Source of the DNA: Octopus sinensis
Lineage: Eukaryota
NCBI RefSeq assembly: GCF_006345805.1
Contig: NC_043018.1
Coordinates: forward strand, 19,344,001-19,408,000
Length of the DNA: 64,000 nucleotides
Direction: 5' to 3'
Shown piece by piece: positions 50,134 to 63,512 of this stretch (position 1 is the stretch's first letter; each line of letters opens with the position of its first letter). Below the pieces are notes generated by a model. It saw nothing but the letters and a program-made list of their open reading frames with translations. It did no database searches and had not been told where the DNA came from. A program made the position numbers and the translations under genes.

Positions 50134-50390
50134 ATCATCATCATCATCATCATCGTTTAACGTCCGCTTTCCATGCTAGCATGGGTTGGATGGTTCGACC
50201 GGGGGTCTGGCAAGCCCGAAGGCTGCACCAGGCCAGTCAGATCTGGCAGTGTTTCTACAGCTGGATGCCCTTCCTAACGCCAACCACTCCGAGAGTGTAG
50301 TGGGTGATTTTATGTGCTAACCGACACAGGTGCCAGACGAGGCTGGCAGACGGCCACGCTCGGATGGTGTTTTCTTATGTGCCACCGATA
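50134..50390 (-). mobile_element. RTE 3'-end element inserted in (TA)n
   Basis: (CAT)n-CGTTTAACGTCCGCTTTCCATGCTAGCATGGGTTGG.. Confidence 0.85.
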
Positions 50391-50437
50391 TTATATATAT
50401 ATATATATATACGTGTATATATATATGTATATATATA

Positions 50438-50538
<101 letters not shown>

Positions 50539-50676
50539 GCAAAAATCTATGTATGTGTATAGGCATATATATAAATGTATGTGTGTATGTATGTGTGTGC
50601 ATATAGTCATATCTATTGGTAGAGCAATAGATAGATAGACATTTGTGTAGCTATTTAGATGTATATATATATATAC

Positions 50677-50849
50677 AGGTGCAGGAGTGGCTGTGTGGTA
50701 AGTAGCTTGCTAACCAGCCACATGGTTCCGGGTTCAGTCCCACTGCGTGGCATCTTGGGCAAGTGTCTTCTGCTATAGCCCCAGGCCGACCAATGCCTTG
50801 TGAGTGGATTTGGTAGACGGAAACTGAAAGAAGCCCGTCGTATATATGC

Positions 50850-50889
<40 letters not shown>

Positions 50890-51100
50890 ATGTGTTTGTG
50901 TGTCTGTGTTTGACTCCTAGCATTGATTGACAACCGATGCTGGTGGGTTTACGTCCCCGTCACTTAGCGGTTCGGCAAAAGAGACCGATAGAATAAGTAC
51001 TGGGCTTACAAAGAATAAGTCCCGGGGTCGATTTGCTCGACCAAAGGCGGTGCTCCAGCATGGCCGCAGTCAAATGACTGAAACAAGTAAAAGAGTAAAA
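50677..51100 (+). mobile_element. SINE family A, full length
   Basis: Near-consensus head, internal (TA)n(TG)n, tail GTAAAAGAGTAAAAGAG. Confidence 0.9.
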
Positions 51101-51285
51101 GAGTATATACATGCAAGTGTGTGCGTGTTTGGTGTTGCAAAGAGGTAAAAAAAACCAGCTCAAAACATGATTTGTTGGAAATTCAACCATATTCTTTTAT
51201 GCTGAGTGCTTTATTGATGTCTGCCAGGACATTTTAATCACAATTTTTTCTTATATATGTGTGTGTATATATATATATATATTTT

Positions 51286-51517
51286 AAGGCGGCGAGCTGG
51301 CAGAAACGTTAGCGCGCCGGGCGAGATGCTTAGCGCTATTTCGTCTGCCGCTACTTTCTGAGTTCAAATTCCGCCGAGGTTGACTTTGCCTTTCATCCTT
51401 TCGGGTTCGATAAATTAAGTACCAGTTACGCACTGGGGTCGATATAATAGACTTAATCCATTTTGTCAGTCCTTGTTTGTTCCCTCTATCTTTAGCCCCT
51501 TGTGGGTAGTAAAGAAA
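51286..51517 (+). mobile_element. SINE family B, full length and young-looking
   Basis: AAGGCGGCGAGCTGGCAGAAACGTTAGCG..GAGTTCAAATTCCGCCGAGG..GGGTAGTAAAGAAATA. Confidence 0.9.
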
Positions 51518-51571
51518 TATATATATATATATTTATATATATATATATAATATATATAATTATATATATAT

Positions 51572-51776
51572 TGTTATATTTCGGAATGGTCATATTGCCA
51601 GTTTAGCCAATAAAAACACACGCACTATATATTTGGTGTTATTTTGCTTCAGTGATATTTTTTTTTACATTAATCTTAATCTTATTTCGGCCAAAGTTCT
51701 TTCGTCACACTCCAAATATATAGTGCGTGTGTTTTTATTGGCTAAACTGGCAATATGACCATTCCGAAATATAACA
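51572..51776. repeat. Perfect 65-bp inverted repeat with a 75-bp spacer
   Basis: 51572-51636 is the exact reverse complement of 51712-51776. Confidence 0.95.
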
Positions 51777-51833
51777 TATCGTTTTCAACACACGACTTCA
51801 CATAAAAAATCTTGCACAACAAATATTTAAACG

Positions 51834-51867
<34 letters not shown>

Positions 51868-52416
51868 CATATATATATAAGAGAAGAAGCGTATTCCCAC
51901 ACACAGATACATATAGGAGAATTTTTATGGGGTTTCAAAATGCACCAAATTCTCAAAAAGTGTAGTTGTTTTTAAATTTTATAATAGATTATTCAAATAC
52001 CAAACCGGTTTTGACATTGTTTTGTTTATCAATGTACAAATATATAAATGAAGGGTTTAGAAGAGTTTAAAGTTACAAGTTCAAAATTGGACAAACTTGT
52101 TTAAATGGAATACAAATAACATGTTACACAAATACAAATAACAGGACATAACACCTGTTGTTAGGTCCTGTTCGTTGCTTTCTTCCAAGGAATCTAATGC
52201 TCTTAGCTTAGTTTTTCCTTGGGGCTGTCCAGTTTGGAGCAATCTTGAGTATAAGCAGCCGAAATTGCAAAGATAATCTGGAACTCGACTGAGGAAAGGA
52301 AACTCCGAATGACCCGTCCTTGTTTTCTTTGTATTGTCTATCTGGATGTTTTGTTGTCCCTTTTTTGTATCACTTAACTGTCTGGATGTTTTGCGTTCTT
52401 GTCCCATTTTGTATTT

Positions 52417-52447
<31 letters not shown>

Positions 52448-52451
52448 ATAG

Positions 52452-52902
52452 TAATTTAAGATTAGGTAGGGTATATAATACCACTTGCTAAAATCAGAGT
52501 CAATGCTCTAAAACCCATGATAAAAATTACAATAAAGATACACACGAGCAATACAAGGAACATTTTTAAAAATAGGTTTACCCTTGCTTTGAATACAGAG
52601 ATAAGTAGTACATATTTCTATACCAATTGATTTCACTCTTTGCATGATGAACATGCTTTGTGATCTTCAATTGAAAACAGCATTTAACATCTATTTTTAA
52701 AATATTCACTACGTTATCTCGTGTGCATTCCAAACTTTAAATATCCTGCTTCGTTTGAAAGAAACTATCATAAACAAGGGAAATTTAAATAAGGCAGTAT
52801 TATTACTGTTATTTACAGAAATAATAAAGTGGCTACCAACTTCACACCTTTACAGACACAATATAATTTAAAATTAGGTAGGGTATATAATACTACTTGT
52901 TA
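52452..52902 (-). mobile_element. Probable Penelope-like element terminal remnant bounded by ~38-bp direct repeats
   Basis: TAATTTAARATTAGGTAGGGTATATAATAYYACTTG at ~52452 and ~52865; contains a hammerhead-like motif. Confidence 0.5.
52615..52676 (-). ncRNA. Degenerate minimal hammerhead motif with palindromic stem III
   Basis: Minus strand: UUUCAA-UUGAAGA-[..GCAUG-UUCAU-CAUGC..]-GAAA-UCAAUUGG-UA-UAGAAA. Stem III is one change from the palindrome ACCAAUUGGU; C3 is replaced by U. Confidence 0.5.
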
Positions 52903-52904
52903 AT

Positions 52905-53048
52905 GTCATATGTATATACATATACATGTACATATGAACACATGTATATATACACATATATATTTATATATATATATGTAGATTTATACATGCATAAATG
53001 ATATGTATGACTGTGTGTGCATATACACACACATACACATACACCCAC

Positions 53049-53143
<95 letters not shown>

Positions 53144-53660
53144 CATATATATATCTACACACACACATGCACATATATATATATACGTATATAAATAATT
53201 TATATATATACAACCACACACAAACATATATATATGCATAGAAACATACATATACATATATATATATATATATATATTATATAATATATATAAGTGTGTG
53301 TATGTGAGTGTGTGTGTGTATATATATATATTATTAATGCTGGTGCTGACTAGCACCCTTTGTCACTTTAGTGACAATTATATATATATCTACACATACA
53401 CACACACATATGTATATGTATGTATACTAATTCATAATACGTGCAAAGTAGTTAATTTAGATCTGTTATTCTACAAGACATGTTAAGAATCTAGAAGTTA
53501 CCTAAAACAGACATCGTTAATAACATAATTAAGATAATAAATTATAGAAATTGGTGAATCGTTCACAGAAAATAGAGACAAATTGGTTGTCTTATGTGTT
53601 GTGTCAGCCAGGTTAGACTCCAGTCATTGGATGTGCATATATATATATATACACATGAAG

Positions 53661-53691
<31 letters not shown>

Positions 53692-53862
53692 GTATGTATG
53701 TACATATATATATATATATATATACACATACATATATATGAATGTATATATACATATATTGTATGAATGTATATATATATGTATGTATGTATATATGTGA
53801 TATATATATATATTATATATATATTGTATGTATGTATGTATGTATATATGTATGTATGTATG

Positions 53863-53914
<52 letters not shown>

Positions 53915-53915
53915 G
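52905..53915. repeat. (TA)n/(CA)n/(TG)n microsatellite blocks
   Basis: Directly visible, with a short unique interval at ~53420-53635. Confidence 0.9.
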
Positions 53916-53928
53916 TGTATATAAATAT

Positions 53929-54099
53929 TGGCGCAGGAGTGGCTGTGTGGTAATTAGCTTGCTTACCAACCATATGGTTCTGGGTTCAGTCCACTGCATG
54001 GCACCTTGAGCAAGTGTCTTCTACTATAGCCTTGAGCTGACCAATGCCTTGTGAATGGATTTGGTAGATGGAAACTGAAAGAAGCCCATCGTATATATG

Positions 54100-54148
<49 letters not shown>

Positions 54149-54357
54149 TGTATGCTTGTATGTCTGTGTTTGTCCCCCCAACATCGCTTGACAACTGATG
54201 GTTGTGTGTTTACATCCCCATAACTTAGCAGTTTGGCAAAAGAGAGAGATAGGATAAGCACTAGGTTTAGAAAGAATAAGTCCTGGGATCGATTTGCTTG
54301 ATTAAAGGTGGTGCTCCAGCAGGGCTGCATTCAAATGACAGAAACAAGTAAAAGAGT
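53929..54357 (+). mobile_element. SINE family A, full length
   Basis: GGCGCAGGAGTGGCTGTGTGG head, internal (TG)n, tail GAAACAAGTAAAAGAG. Confidence 0.85.
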
Positions 54358-55219
54358 ACAGCGTATCGGTTTCAAATTTTGGCACAAGGCCAGTAATTTC
54401 AGGGAGATGGGGGGAGTAGATTACATGAACTCCAGTATAGAACTGGTATCAACCTCTTGACATTTTTGTAAGCCTGGTACTTACTCAATCGATCACTTCT
54501 GCTGAACTGTTAAGTTACGAGTACATAACACAGCAACACTGGTTGTCTAGCAGTGGAGGTGGGGTGGGACAACCACAGACACACACACTACACACACACA
54601 GATACACACACAGACACATACACACACATATCCTCCATCCGATTGCGCTCAAATTTGATATGTAGATACTGACGGTATCAGGGCATGTATAAGTCTTGAA
54701 AAATTACAAAAATCGATTCCAGGTGAGAATGTGATCGATAAAGCCATGGAAACGTGCATTTGTATGCACAAGTATATCAGCTGTTGCAATCGATACTACA
54801 TGTATGCGAGAAAATTGCATGTGCAGTTTGCACAAAAAAAGCCGGCTGGCTTGAAATAATGCCACAAAATGCAGTATATTTAAGAGACCAAAAAGGTAAG
54901 ATGCAAAAGAGATATTTTCTTCAAACTTGGCATGAAGGAAGGAAAGACTATTTGGTTTCTCAAGAAGTGTTTTTTTGCCTTAACTTCGTTGAACAAAACC
55001 AAAAATTTTATTGAAATAAAGGCATGCTTAATTATGTTTTAATGAAAAGAAAACACTGATTTCTTTTTATTCAGCGGATATGATTCAGCACCGTCCATTG
55101 GACGGGGGCAGGTGTTTTGCTCGTATATATGAAAATACATCGTATGGCTTTTATTATTCATGTGAACCAGTGGTAATAAATTATTCTAATTTTTACCCTT
55201 ATGATATATATATATATAC

Positions 55220-55522
55220 ATCATCATTATCATCATCATCATTTAGCATCCACTTTCCATGCTAGCATGGGTTGGACGGTTCAACTGGGGTCTGGGAAGC
55301 CAGAAGGCTGCACCAGGCCCAGTCTGATCTGGCAATGTTTCTATGGCTGGATGCCCTTCCTAACGCCAACCACTGCGTGAGTGTAGTGGGTGCTTTTACG
55401 AGCCACCGGCATAGGTGCCAGACGAGGCTGGCAAACGGCCACGGTCGGATGGTGCTTTTTACATGCCACCAGCATGAGGCCAGTCGGGACGGCGCTGGCA
55501 ACGGCCACGTTCGGATGATTTT
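55220..55522 (-). mobile_element. RTE 3'-end element next to (TA)n
   Basis: (CAT)n-TTAGCATCCACTTTCCATGCTAGCATGGGTTGG.. Confidence 0.85.
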
Positions 55523-57372
55523 CTTAACATATACATATATGTATATATAGTTATAGCTTTGTTTCAAAACACATAGACAGCATAGAAGTGCTCAAGTTGA
55601 ACCTGAGGCGATAGATAAGTATAATGGATACGAGAGTAAAAGTTCAAATCATGCAAACTACGGTTAACACATATATATAATATATATCTGTTTAATTAAG
55701 ATAAAAATAAGAACTGTCCAAGCTGGAATATATATTGATGTATTAGAGATATAAAAACATGTGATACTAAAAATATACATGGACATATATGGATATATAT
55801 ATATATAATGGTGGTGCCCCAGCATGACCACAGAGCGTGAGTTGAAAATAGATAAAATGAAAAAAAAATGAAATATAAATATATGTATATATACACATAA
55901 TAATAATGGAATATAGATAAAAACGTTTTTTTTTTTAAATTGAAAATATGGTATAGAAAAAATGATAGGCATTAAAAAGAGTTTGGGGTTACACGATAGA
56001 AGAAAATAAAGCATTCCAACGATCGTTTCTGGGGTTCATTCGTACAAAGACACACAACACATATACACAAAACACACACACACACATATATATATATACA
56101 CACACATTTTATACAAATATATATGTATGTAAACACACATTTACATATCTTCATACACATACACACACAACACATGCACACAATACATATACATACATAC
56201 ATGCATATATACATACATACACAAAACACACACAAACATGTATAGCTTACTTTATATTCGCATGACAAAAAGGAGGAAGAGACAGAGGCAGAGTGTGGTC
56301 AGAGAATGGAAGTTCTTATGATGATGACAAATAAGATTGATGACAATAGGGATGAAGTTGCTGCTGCTGCTGCTACTGCTGCTGCTGCTGGTGATTGTGA
56401 TAAAGGTGGTTGTGGTGCGGATGTTGGTGGTGGTGATGAGGTTAGTGATGGTCAACAACTTTGATGGCAAAAGATTGAAAATGATGAAGAATGTGATGAC
56501 GAAGATAGTGATGGTGATGAAGACGATGACGATGAGGATGGTGGTGATGGTGGTGGAGGCAACGAAAATGTGATGGTGATGATGATGAGGCTGATAACGA
56601 AGGTGACTATGGTGGAAACGGCAACAACAATGATACCAACAATTTAGCATGAAATATCGAAGATCTTTGGTAGGAACACAATAATGGAACTAGTCCATTC
56701 CCCAGGAGCAATTTGAGTCAATGGAATCTATTAAGAACTGATTTTTCATATTTCGGGCACCATCTTGACATCTACTTCATTTTTGTCAAAGTATAGCTCT
56801 CTTCGCATACATATATCTACCTGCATGTGTATCCGCATATGCGTATAAGCATTCTCTCTATATATACATACACATCTTTCTACTTAAGTACATACATATA
56901 TCTGTCCATGTGCATGTGTCGATAAAAATCCGCACTTCTGATTTCACTCCAGAATATGCCTATATTGAATATGGCTTCCCGTACAGCTTTAATATATTTA
57001 TTTAGATAAAAGTTTGCTAAGAAATAATATTAAAGCAACACACATCACTGCGAGATAGTCTTCATCAAAACACCTGCTTCTACGACAATATCTATCAACT
57101 ACTTTCTTATATATCTTTTGAAACTGTTATCTCTTTGTTGTGGCAGATAATCAGCGAAGGAATCATAAGAGAGTGCTACCGTTTTCCATTATGGTCTTAT
57201 CACTGCTGGAACTAACAACTGTCTCAAACAACTGCGTCTTCAGATATTTCACAAGACATTCAGCAATGACTCTCTCCACAGACTTTGCTTTATTCGGTTG
57301 CTTTCTTCTCGTATAGAATGCTGCGGATTTATTTTACGTCACGAGTGTTGGTATGGGCGCAAGCATATTATA

Positions 57373-57531
57373 GATGCAGGTGTGGCTGTGTGGTAAGAAG
57401 CTTGCTTCTCAACCACATGGTTTCAGGTTCAGTTCCACAGCATGGCACCGTGGGTAAGTGTCTTCTTCTATAGCCTCAGGCTGCCCAATCCTTGTGAGTT
57501 GATTTGGTAGACAGAAACTGAAAGAAGCCTG
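57373..57531 (+). mobile_element. SINE family A, 5' half ending in (TA)n
   Basis: Head through GAAACTGAAAGAAGCCTG. Confidence 0.75.
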
Positions 57532-57540
57532 TTATATACT

Positions 57541-57594
<54 letters not shown>

Positions 57595-57863
57595 ATTATA
57601 TATAATATATATACATATAATATATATACATATATACATATATATATATATAATGGTATTCTAAAAAGCAATCACTTCATAGAAACCTCTCAAAACAATG
57701 TGAATAACTAATAACAGGGTAAACTGAATTCTAAAGGATTAAAAAGATATCATATTTAAAGGCTCTGTAAAGGGGTTTTAAATATGAGGTCCCTTAGATG
57801 AGATATGCACCATGAACAGTAAACAAGGTATTAATTTGAGATATGTCATATGTAAAGACACTG

Positions 57864-58189
57864 CAGCACTCTGTTGGTTATGATGGGGAGGGTTCCAGTT
57901 GGTCCGATCAATGGAACAGCCTGCTCTTGAAATTAACATGCAAATGGCTGAGTACTCCACAAACACATGAACACCTTTAACGTAGTTCCCAGGGAGATTC
58001 AGCTTGACATTGAATGTGAAAAGACTGGCCCCTTTGAATTACAGGTACAACTCATTTTTGCCAGCTGAGTGAACTGGAGCAACGTGAAATAAAGTGTCTT
58101 GCCCAAGGATACACGCGCCACCAGGAATTGAACTCATGATCTCACAGTTGTGATCTGAATATCCTAACCACTGAGCCATGCACCTTCAC
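57864..58189 (-). mobile_element. SINE family C
   Basis: Homologous to 24354-24740. TSD AAAGACACTG at 57854-57863 and 58190-58199. Confidence 0.8.
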
Positions 58190-58289
58190 AAAGACACTGT
58201 CAAAGAGTCTTAAGTAAGATGCGTCTTATCTATGGTAAAAGGTATTAATTAAAGATGTGTCATATTCAAAGACGTTATGAAGTTGCATT

Positions 58290-58481
58290 AGGCGTAGGAG
58301 TGGCTGTGTGGTAAGTAGCTTGCTTACGAACCACATGATTCCAGGTTCAGTCCCACTGCGTGGCACCTTGGCCAAGTGTCTTCTACTATAGCCTCGGGCC
58401 AACCAAAACATTATGAGTGGATTTGGTAGACGGAAACTGAAAGAAGCCTGTGCTATATATGTATATATATATATATATATA

Positions 58482-58523
<42 letters not shown>

Positions 58524-58528
58524 TATAT

Positions 58529-58560
<32 letters not shown>

Positions 58561-58758
58561 TTAGCGTCCGCTTTCCATGCTAGCATGGTTGGACGGGTCA
58601 ACTGGGTCTGTGAAGCTGGAAGGCTTCGTCAGCCCAGTCAGATGGCAGTGTTTCTACGGCTGGATGCCCTTCCAACGCCAACCACTCCGCGAGTGTAGTG
58701 GGTGTTTTTTTACGTGCCACCTGCACAGGTGCCAGACAGAGCTGGCCGCAGACAGAGC

Positions 58759-58790
<32 letters not shown>

Positions 58791-59062
58791 AATATATATA
58801 TATAATATATTATATATATATATATATATGTATGTATGTGTGTGTTATGTTTGTGTGTCTGTTTGTCCTCCCACTATCTCTGACAACCTGGTGTGTGTTT
58901 ATGTGTGTGTTTACGTTCCTGTAACTTAGCATTTTGACAAAGGACACCGATAGAATGAGTACTAGGCTTACAAAGAATAAGTCCTGGGGCGATTTGCTCA
59001 ACTACAAGCGGTGCTCCAGCATGGCCACAGTCAAATGACTGACACAAGTAAAAGAGTAAAAG
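58290..59062 (+). mobile_element. SINE family A with a nested, opposite-strand RTE 3'-end element (58531-58760) in its internal microsatellite
   Basis: Head at 58290-58450 and tail at ~58850-59062 are separated by (TA)n and (CAT)n-TTAGCGTCCGCTTTCCATGCTAGCATGG.. Confidence 0.85.
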
Positions 59063-60719
59063 AATAGATAAGCCGTGTCTAAGAAGAGATATGCGTTCTC
59101 AACTGTGAAAGAGGTATTAATTCAAGATGTGTCATATTTAAAGATTCCGTGAAATAGCATTAAATCATTGTCTGCTTTATTTAACTATTCAGTATTAAAG
59201 AAGATATATATAAGAAATAAAATTTAAGTACGAACAGCAGCGTAGGAGTTATTAATGGCTGCAGGGGTGGGTGGGGTTTGTTGCATTCCATTTAAGGACA
59301 CACAGATGAAAGAGAAGATAAGAACAAACAGGGTGAGTAGGGAGTGGCAGGTAGGAGTGGTGGGTCCGATAGCTTATCTATTTGTCCATCCATAGTTTTC
59401 TTCACTTCAACATTTGAAATACTTAGGTTTCCAACCAACCAGAATCTTCCACAACCATCTCTAAACCATTCTTCATACATACACACACACACACAAACAC
59501 ATGGATTCCATGCTTTTCCATAATTACAAAATCAATACAGCCTTTTAAGTAAGACAATATTCTATGGATCGGCATTACCATAATTTACTCAATCACATCT
59601 CATAATGTAGATATGTTGTCTCACCGTTTCCTAGGAAACCTGTATCGGGTAAAATACCCAACACCAAATCCAATACGTTTCAACTGCTTTTCGTTCTGTT
59701 GCAGCGTTGCTGTCTTTTATTTTGCTTTTGATATGGTTAAGCCAGGATTACTTAGTAAATATATGAGCTTTATAATGTCTGGCTTATAATGTGTATTATC
59801 TATGATGGTGGGATTTATGTAAATCTTAAAACAAAGCAAAGATCAAGATTAGCTCTTAGATTAGCTGGTCTATGAGGTAATATATTGGCGAAGCAATATA
59901 CAGTGTCGTTCTGGATATTCTTGCTAGTGACAGCTTCAATCGAGGAATCATACAGCCATTAAATGATTGTTTGGTTTGCTAAAAACAGCAGCCAGATCTT
60001 TTTTGAATCATCGCTGAGGAAGTCACAAGGGGCCAGGCGAGGTAGTGATTTTCTGTACTTGATATGATGTGTCAGGCTAAGTAGAATCCCTATCATCCGT
60101 ACATACAGGCGTGTCCTTTCAGGCGCTGGTGCCACTCAGGAGGCACCTTTGGCAGTGGCTCATAAAAAGCACTCAGCATACTCTGTTAAGGGATTGGTGT
60201 TAGAAAGGGCACATAGCCATAGAAACCATGCCATACAGAGATTTGGAGTGTGGACAAAACTATATACATTTACACCCATAGACACAAGTATACAGACACA
60301 GAGAAATACATATACACCCACATACACACACAATTGCCTACACATATAGAAACCAGTGGCACAGCTAACAGAAGAGCAAAGGGATCTGCTGCCCCCTTGT
60401 GGGCACATTTTTCAAAATTGGTGCCTTTTCAACAATTTTTTCAAACTCTTTAGTTCACTTGTGCGATAAACGTTGAATCTGTCTTTTCCTTTTGTCATTT
60501 GCATGGCTTTGGAAAAACTTTCTGGAGTTATGTCTTTATTTGACCAGCCTCCCATGTTTTTAAACTGTCTTCTCAATCTCCTGTGATGTGTTGGTGGCTG
60601 CTGACATCTTAAGAAACAAAGTCCTGGCATCATAACCTCTCAATACTGGATAATCCGGTGGAGTTTCGTCTATTCCATGTCATACTCATATCAGTAGATT
60701 ATGTGTTTCACGCATAATC

Positions 60720-60935
60720 CTTTCTACTATAGGCACAAAGCCTGGAATTTGGGGAGAATTTTGGCTACACAATTACACTGACACCAGTGCATAACAGGTA
60801 CTTATTTCATTGACCCAGGAAAGATAAAAGGCAAAGTCAACCTTGGCAGAGTTTGAACTCAGAACACAAGGACAGATGAATTGCCATGAAGTATTTTGCC
60901 CAGTGTGCTAATGGTTCTGCCAGCTGGCTGCCTTT
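60720..60935 (-). mobile_element. SINE family B (diverged)
   Basis: GGTACTTATTTCATTGACCC..AAAGGCAAAGTCAACC..GTTTGAACTCAGAA..TTCTGCCAGCT. Confidence 0.75.
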
Positions 60936-61129
60936 CTCCATACATAATTACATCGTTACTGAAACATGAAATTAATGAATATAGAATACAATTACACATG
61001 TTATAACTAATGAAATATTTCGCATAAAATCAAAGAAATGAGTTTGAAATTGTTTGGTGTGGGTCATGGCACCATTTTTTATGTGCTCGCTCCTAACTTT
61101 AGAACCTGGCTATGGCTCTGATAAAAAGT

Positions 61130-61810
61130 CATACATACATACATACATACGTACATACATACATACACACACATACCTACATACATACATACATGCATCA
61201 TACATACATACATTCATACATACACACATGCATACATATATACATATATACATACATATATACATACATACACACATCATACATACACGCATACACACAT
61301 ACATACATACATACATACACATACATACATACATACATACATACATTCATACATACACACATCATACATACATACTCACATACACACATACATACATACA
61401 CACATTATACATACATACATACACACATTATACATACATACACACATACATACACATATACATACATATGCACATACACAAACACACATACATACATTCA
61501 TCCACACATGTGCACATACATACATGCACACATCCACACATCAACACATACATACATACATACATACATACATACACAGATTTATATACAGACACATACT
61601 TCACACATGCACATACACACACAAACATTCATAGACATACAGATATAGGTGTACATATGCATAAATGCACAGAAACACACGCATACATAGCCATATATAC
61701 ATAGATATTCATGTTTGTATATATATAACACACAAACTCACACACATACACACACATACACATACACACACATACACATACACACACATACACATACACA
61801 CACACACCTG
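61130..61810. repeat. (CATA)n/(CA)n microsatellite block
   Basis: Directly visible. Confidence 0.95.
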
Positions 61811-61894
61811 TTGTTGACTAATGGCATGTTACATTAGTTACGGTTGCTTGTCCATCACAAAATAATTTATTGCAATATTGCAACAAGTTTCTCA

Positions 61895-62475
61895 TCTTCA
61901 TCACCAGTATATCATCACCATCACCATCACCATCACCATTACCATCATCATCATCTTCATTATCATCCTTATCATTATCATCGTAGTCGTCATCATAATT
62001 GTCATGATTGTCATTTACCATTGTCGTCATCATCATTATTATCATCACCAATGAAATCATCAACATCATCACCATCATCATTATCCTCCTCTTTCTCCTC
62101 TTCATCCTCCTCTTCCTCATCATCACAACGATGACGACGATGACGACTACCACCACTACCACCACCATCCTCATCATCACCACCACCGCCACCACTAACA
62201 TTATCATAGCCACCATCACCACCACCACCACCACTATCGTCGTCCTCTACCTCCTCCACCTCCTCATCATACTGATTGCTGACATCATCATCATCATCAT
62301 CATAATTATCATTTGCCATTGTCATCATCATCATCATCGCCACCACCACAGCCATCACAATCCTCCTCCCTTCCCCCTCCTCCTCCTCCTGCTTGTCCTC
62401 ATCATTATCATCAATCGTCACCACCACCGTCCTCACCATTATCATCATCCTTATCCTCTTCCTGCCCCTCCACCT
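61895..62475. repeat. Degenerate (CAT)/(CAC)/(CCT) trinucleotide block
   Basis: Directly visible. Confidence 0.9.
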
Positions 62476-63261
62476 CATCTGCTATCTTAGAGAGTACGCA
62501 CAGCATAGCTCTAATAACCCAGATGTCATAATTCACGACATCTGTGTACTCTCGAACCATCGTTAATACAAGAAGGTATGTTATCCGGGAGAGTACACAG
62601 CATTAGTCGTTACACTCCAGATCTAATACTTGTTAGAATCTGAGTACTTTAACCATTCCATTACTGAAGAACTATTTCTTTTGAGAAAGAAGCAAAAAAA
62701 AAAAAAAGAAAAAGGAAAAAAAAAACATTAAGTTAGTTGAAACCCTTAATTCTCATTTATCAATTTTCTACAAAGAAACAAATATTCTTTGTGATTCTTT
62801 GTCAGTTTAGAAGCCTTATTGAAGTTGAAGCGAGAAGCAGGGAAATTGTACAGACAATATGTAACGAGCTAATAACTTAGCAAACCTTTAATATTTCTTT
62901 CTTATGTTTTTTTAATATTTTGTTGTTATCGTTGTTGTTATTGTTATTGTTGCTGTTGTTTAAAGAGATTTTTGAGATGTATATGACAATAGATAATGAT
63001 TTTTTTATCTGCTTTCTCTTTGAAATTCTTGCAAGCATTGTTTTCTAAGGAATAATGGTATTACAGAATTTTTTTGGGTTTTTTTCTTTCTTTTGTAGGG
63101 AGGAGAAGAATTTGTTGTGATTATGGCATGTAGAAGAATGAAGGTGGGAAATTTGTTGAAGAAAAGAATTGGTAATTTGGATTTTGCTGTAGGTTTAGCG
63201 AGGAAAGACACTATTTTCTGACCCTGGCTCTAGATATGAGGTGAGGAATATTGCATAGAAT

Positions 63262-63496
63262 AAGGGAGCCGAGCTGGCAGAAACACTAGCATGCCGGCCA
63301 AAATGCTTAGCGGTATTTCGTCTGTCTTTACATTCTGAGTTCAAATTCCGCCGAGGTCGACTTTGCCTTTCATTCTTTCAGGGTCGATAAATTAAGTACC
63401 AGTTACACACTAGGGTTGATACAATCGACTTAATTCCTTTGTCTGTCCTTGTTTGTCCTTTCTATGTTTATCTCCTTGTGGGCAATAAAGAAATAA
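63262..63496 (+). mobile_element. SINE family B, full length
   Basis: Head, Deu/Nin-like core and tail. 16-bp TSD GAATATTGCAT(A/C)GAAT at 63246-63261 and 63497-63512. Confidence 0.9.
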
Positions 63497-63512
63497 GAAT
63501 ATTGCATCGAAT

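Noticed and set aside
52285-52325. CTGAGGA..GGA-AAC-TCC-GAAT hammerhead-like motif, plus AAAACCGGTT at ~52000 on the minus strand
   Set aside because: Spacing and the GAAA are non-canonical and stem I is not evident. They may be PLE debris but cannot be supported from this copy.
54630-55110. Possible Helitron-like internal segment
   Set aside because: No TC or CTAG termini or subterminal hairpin could be located.
60412-60690. Protein-like minus-strand frames (KNMGGWSNKDITPESFSKAM..)
   Set aside because: No recognisable motif or splice sites; needs a frameshift to extend. Possibly a decayed TE ORF.
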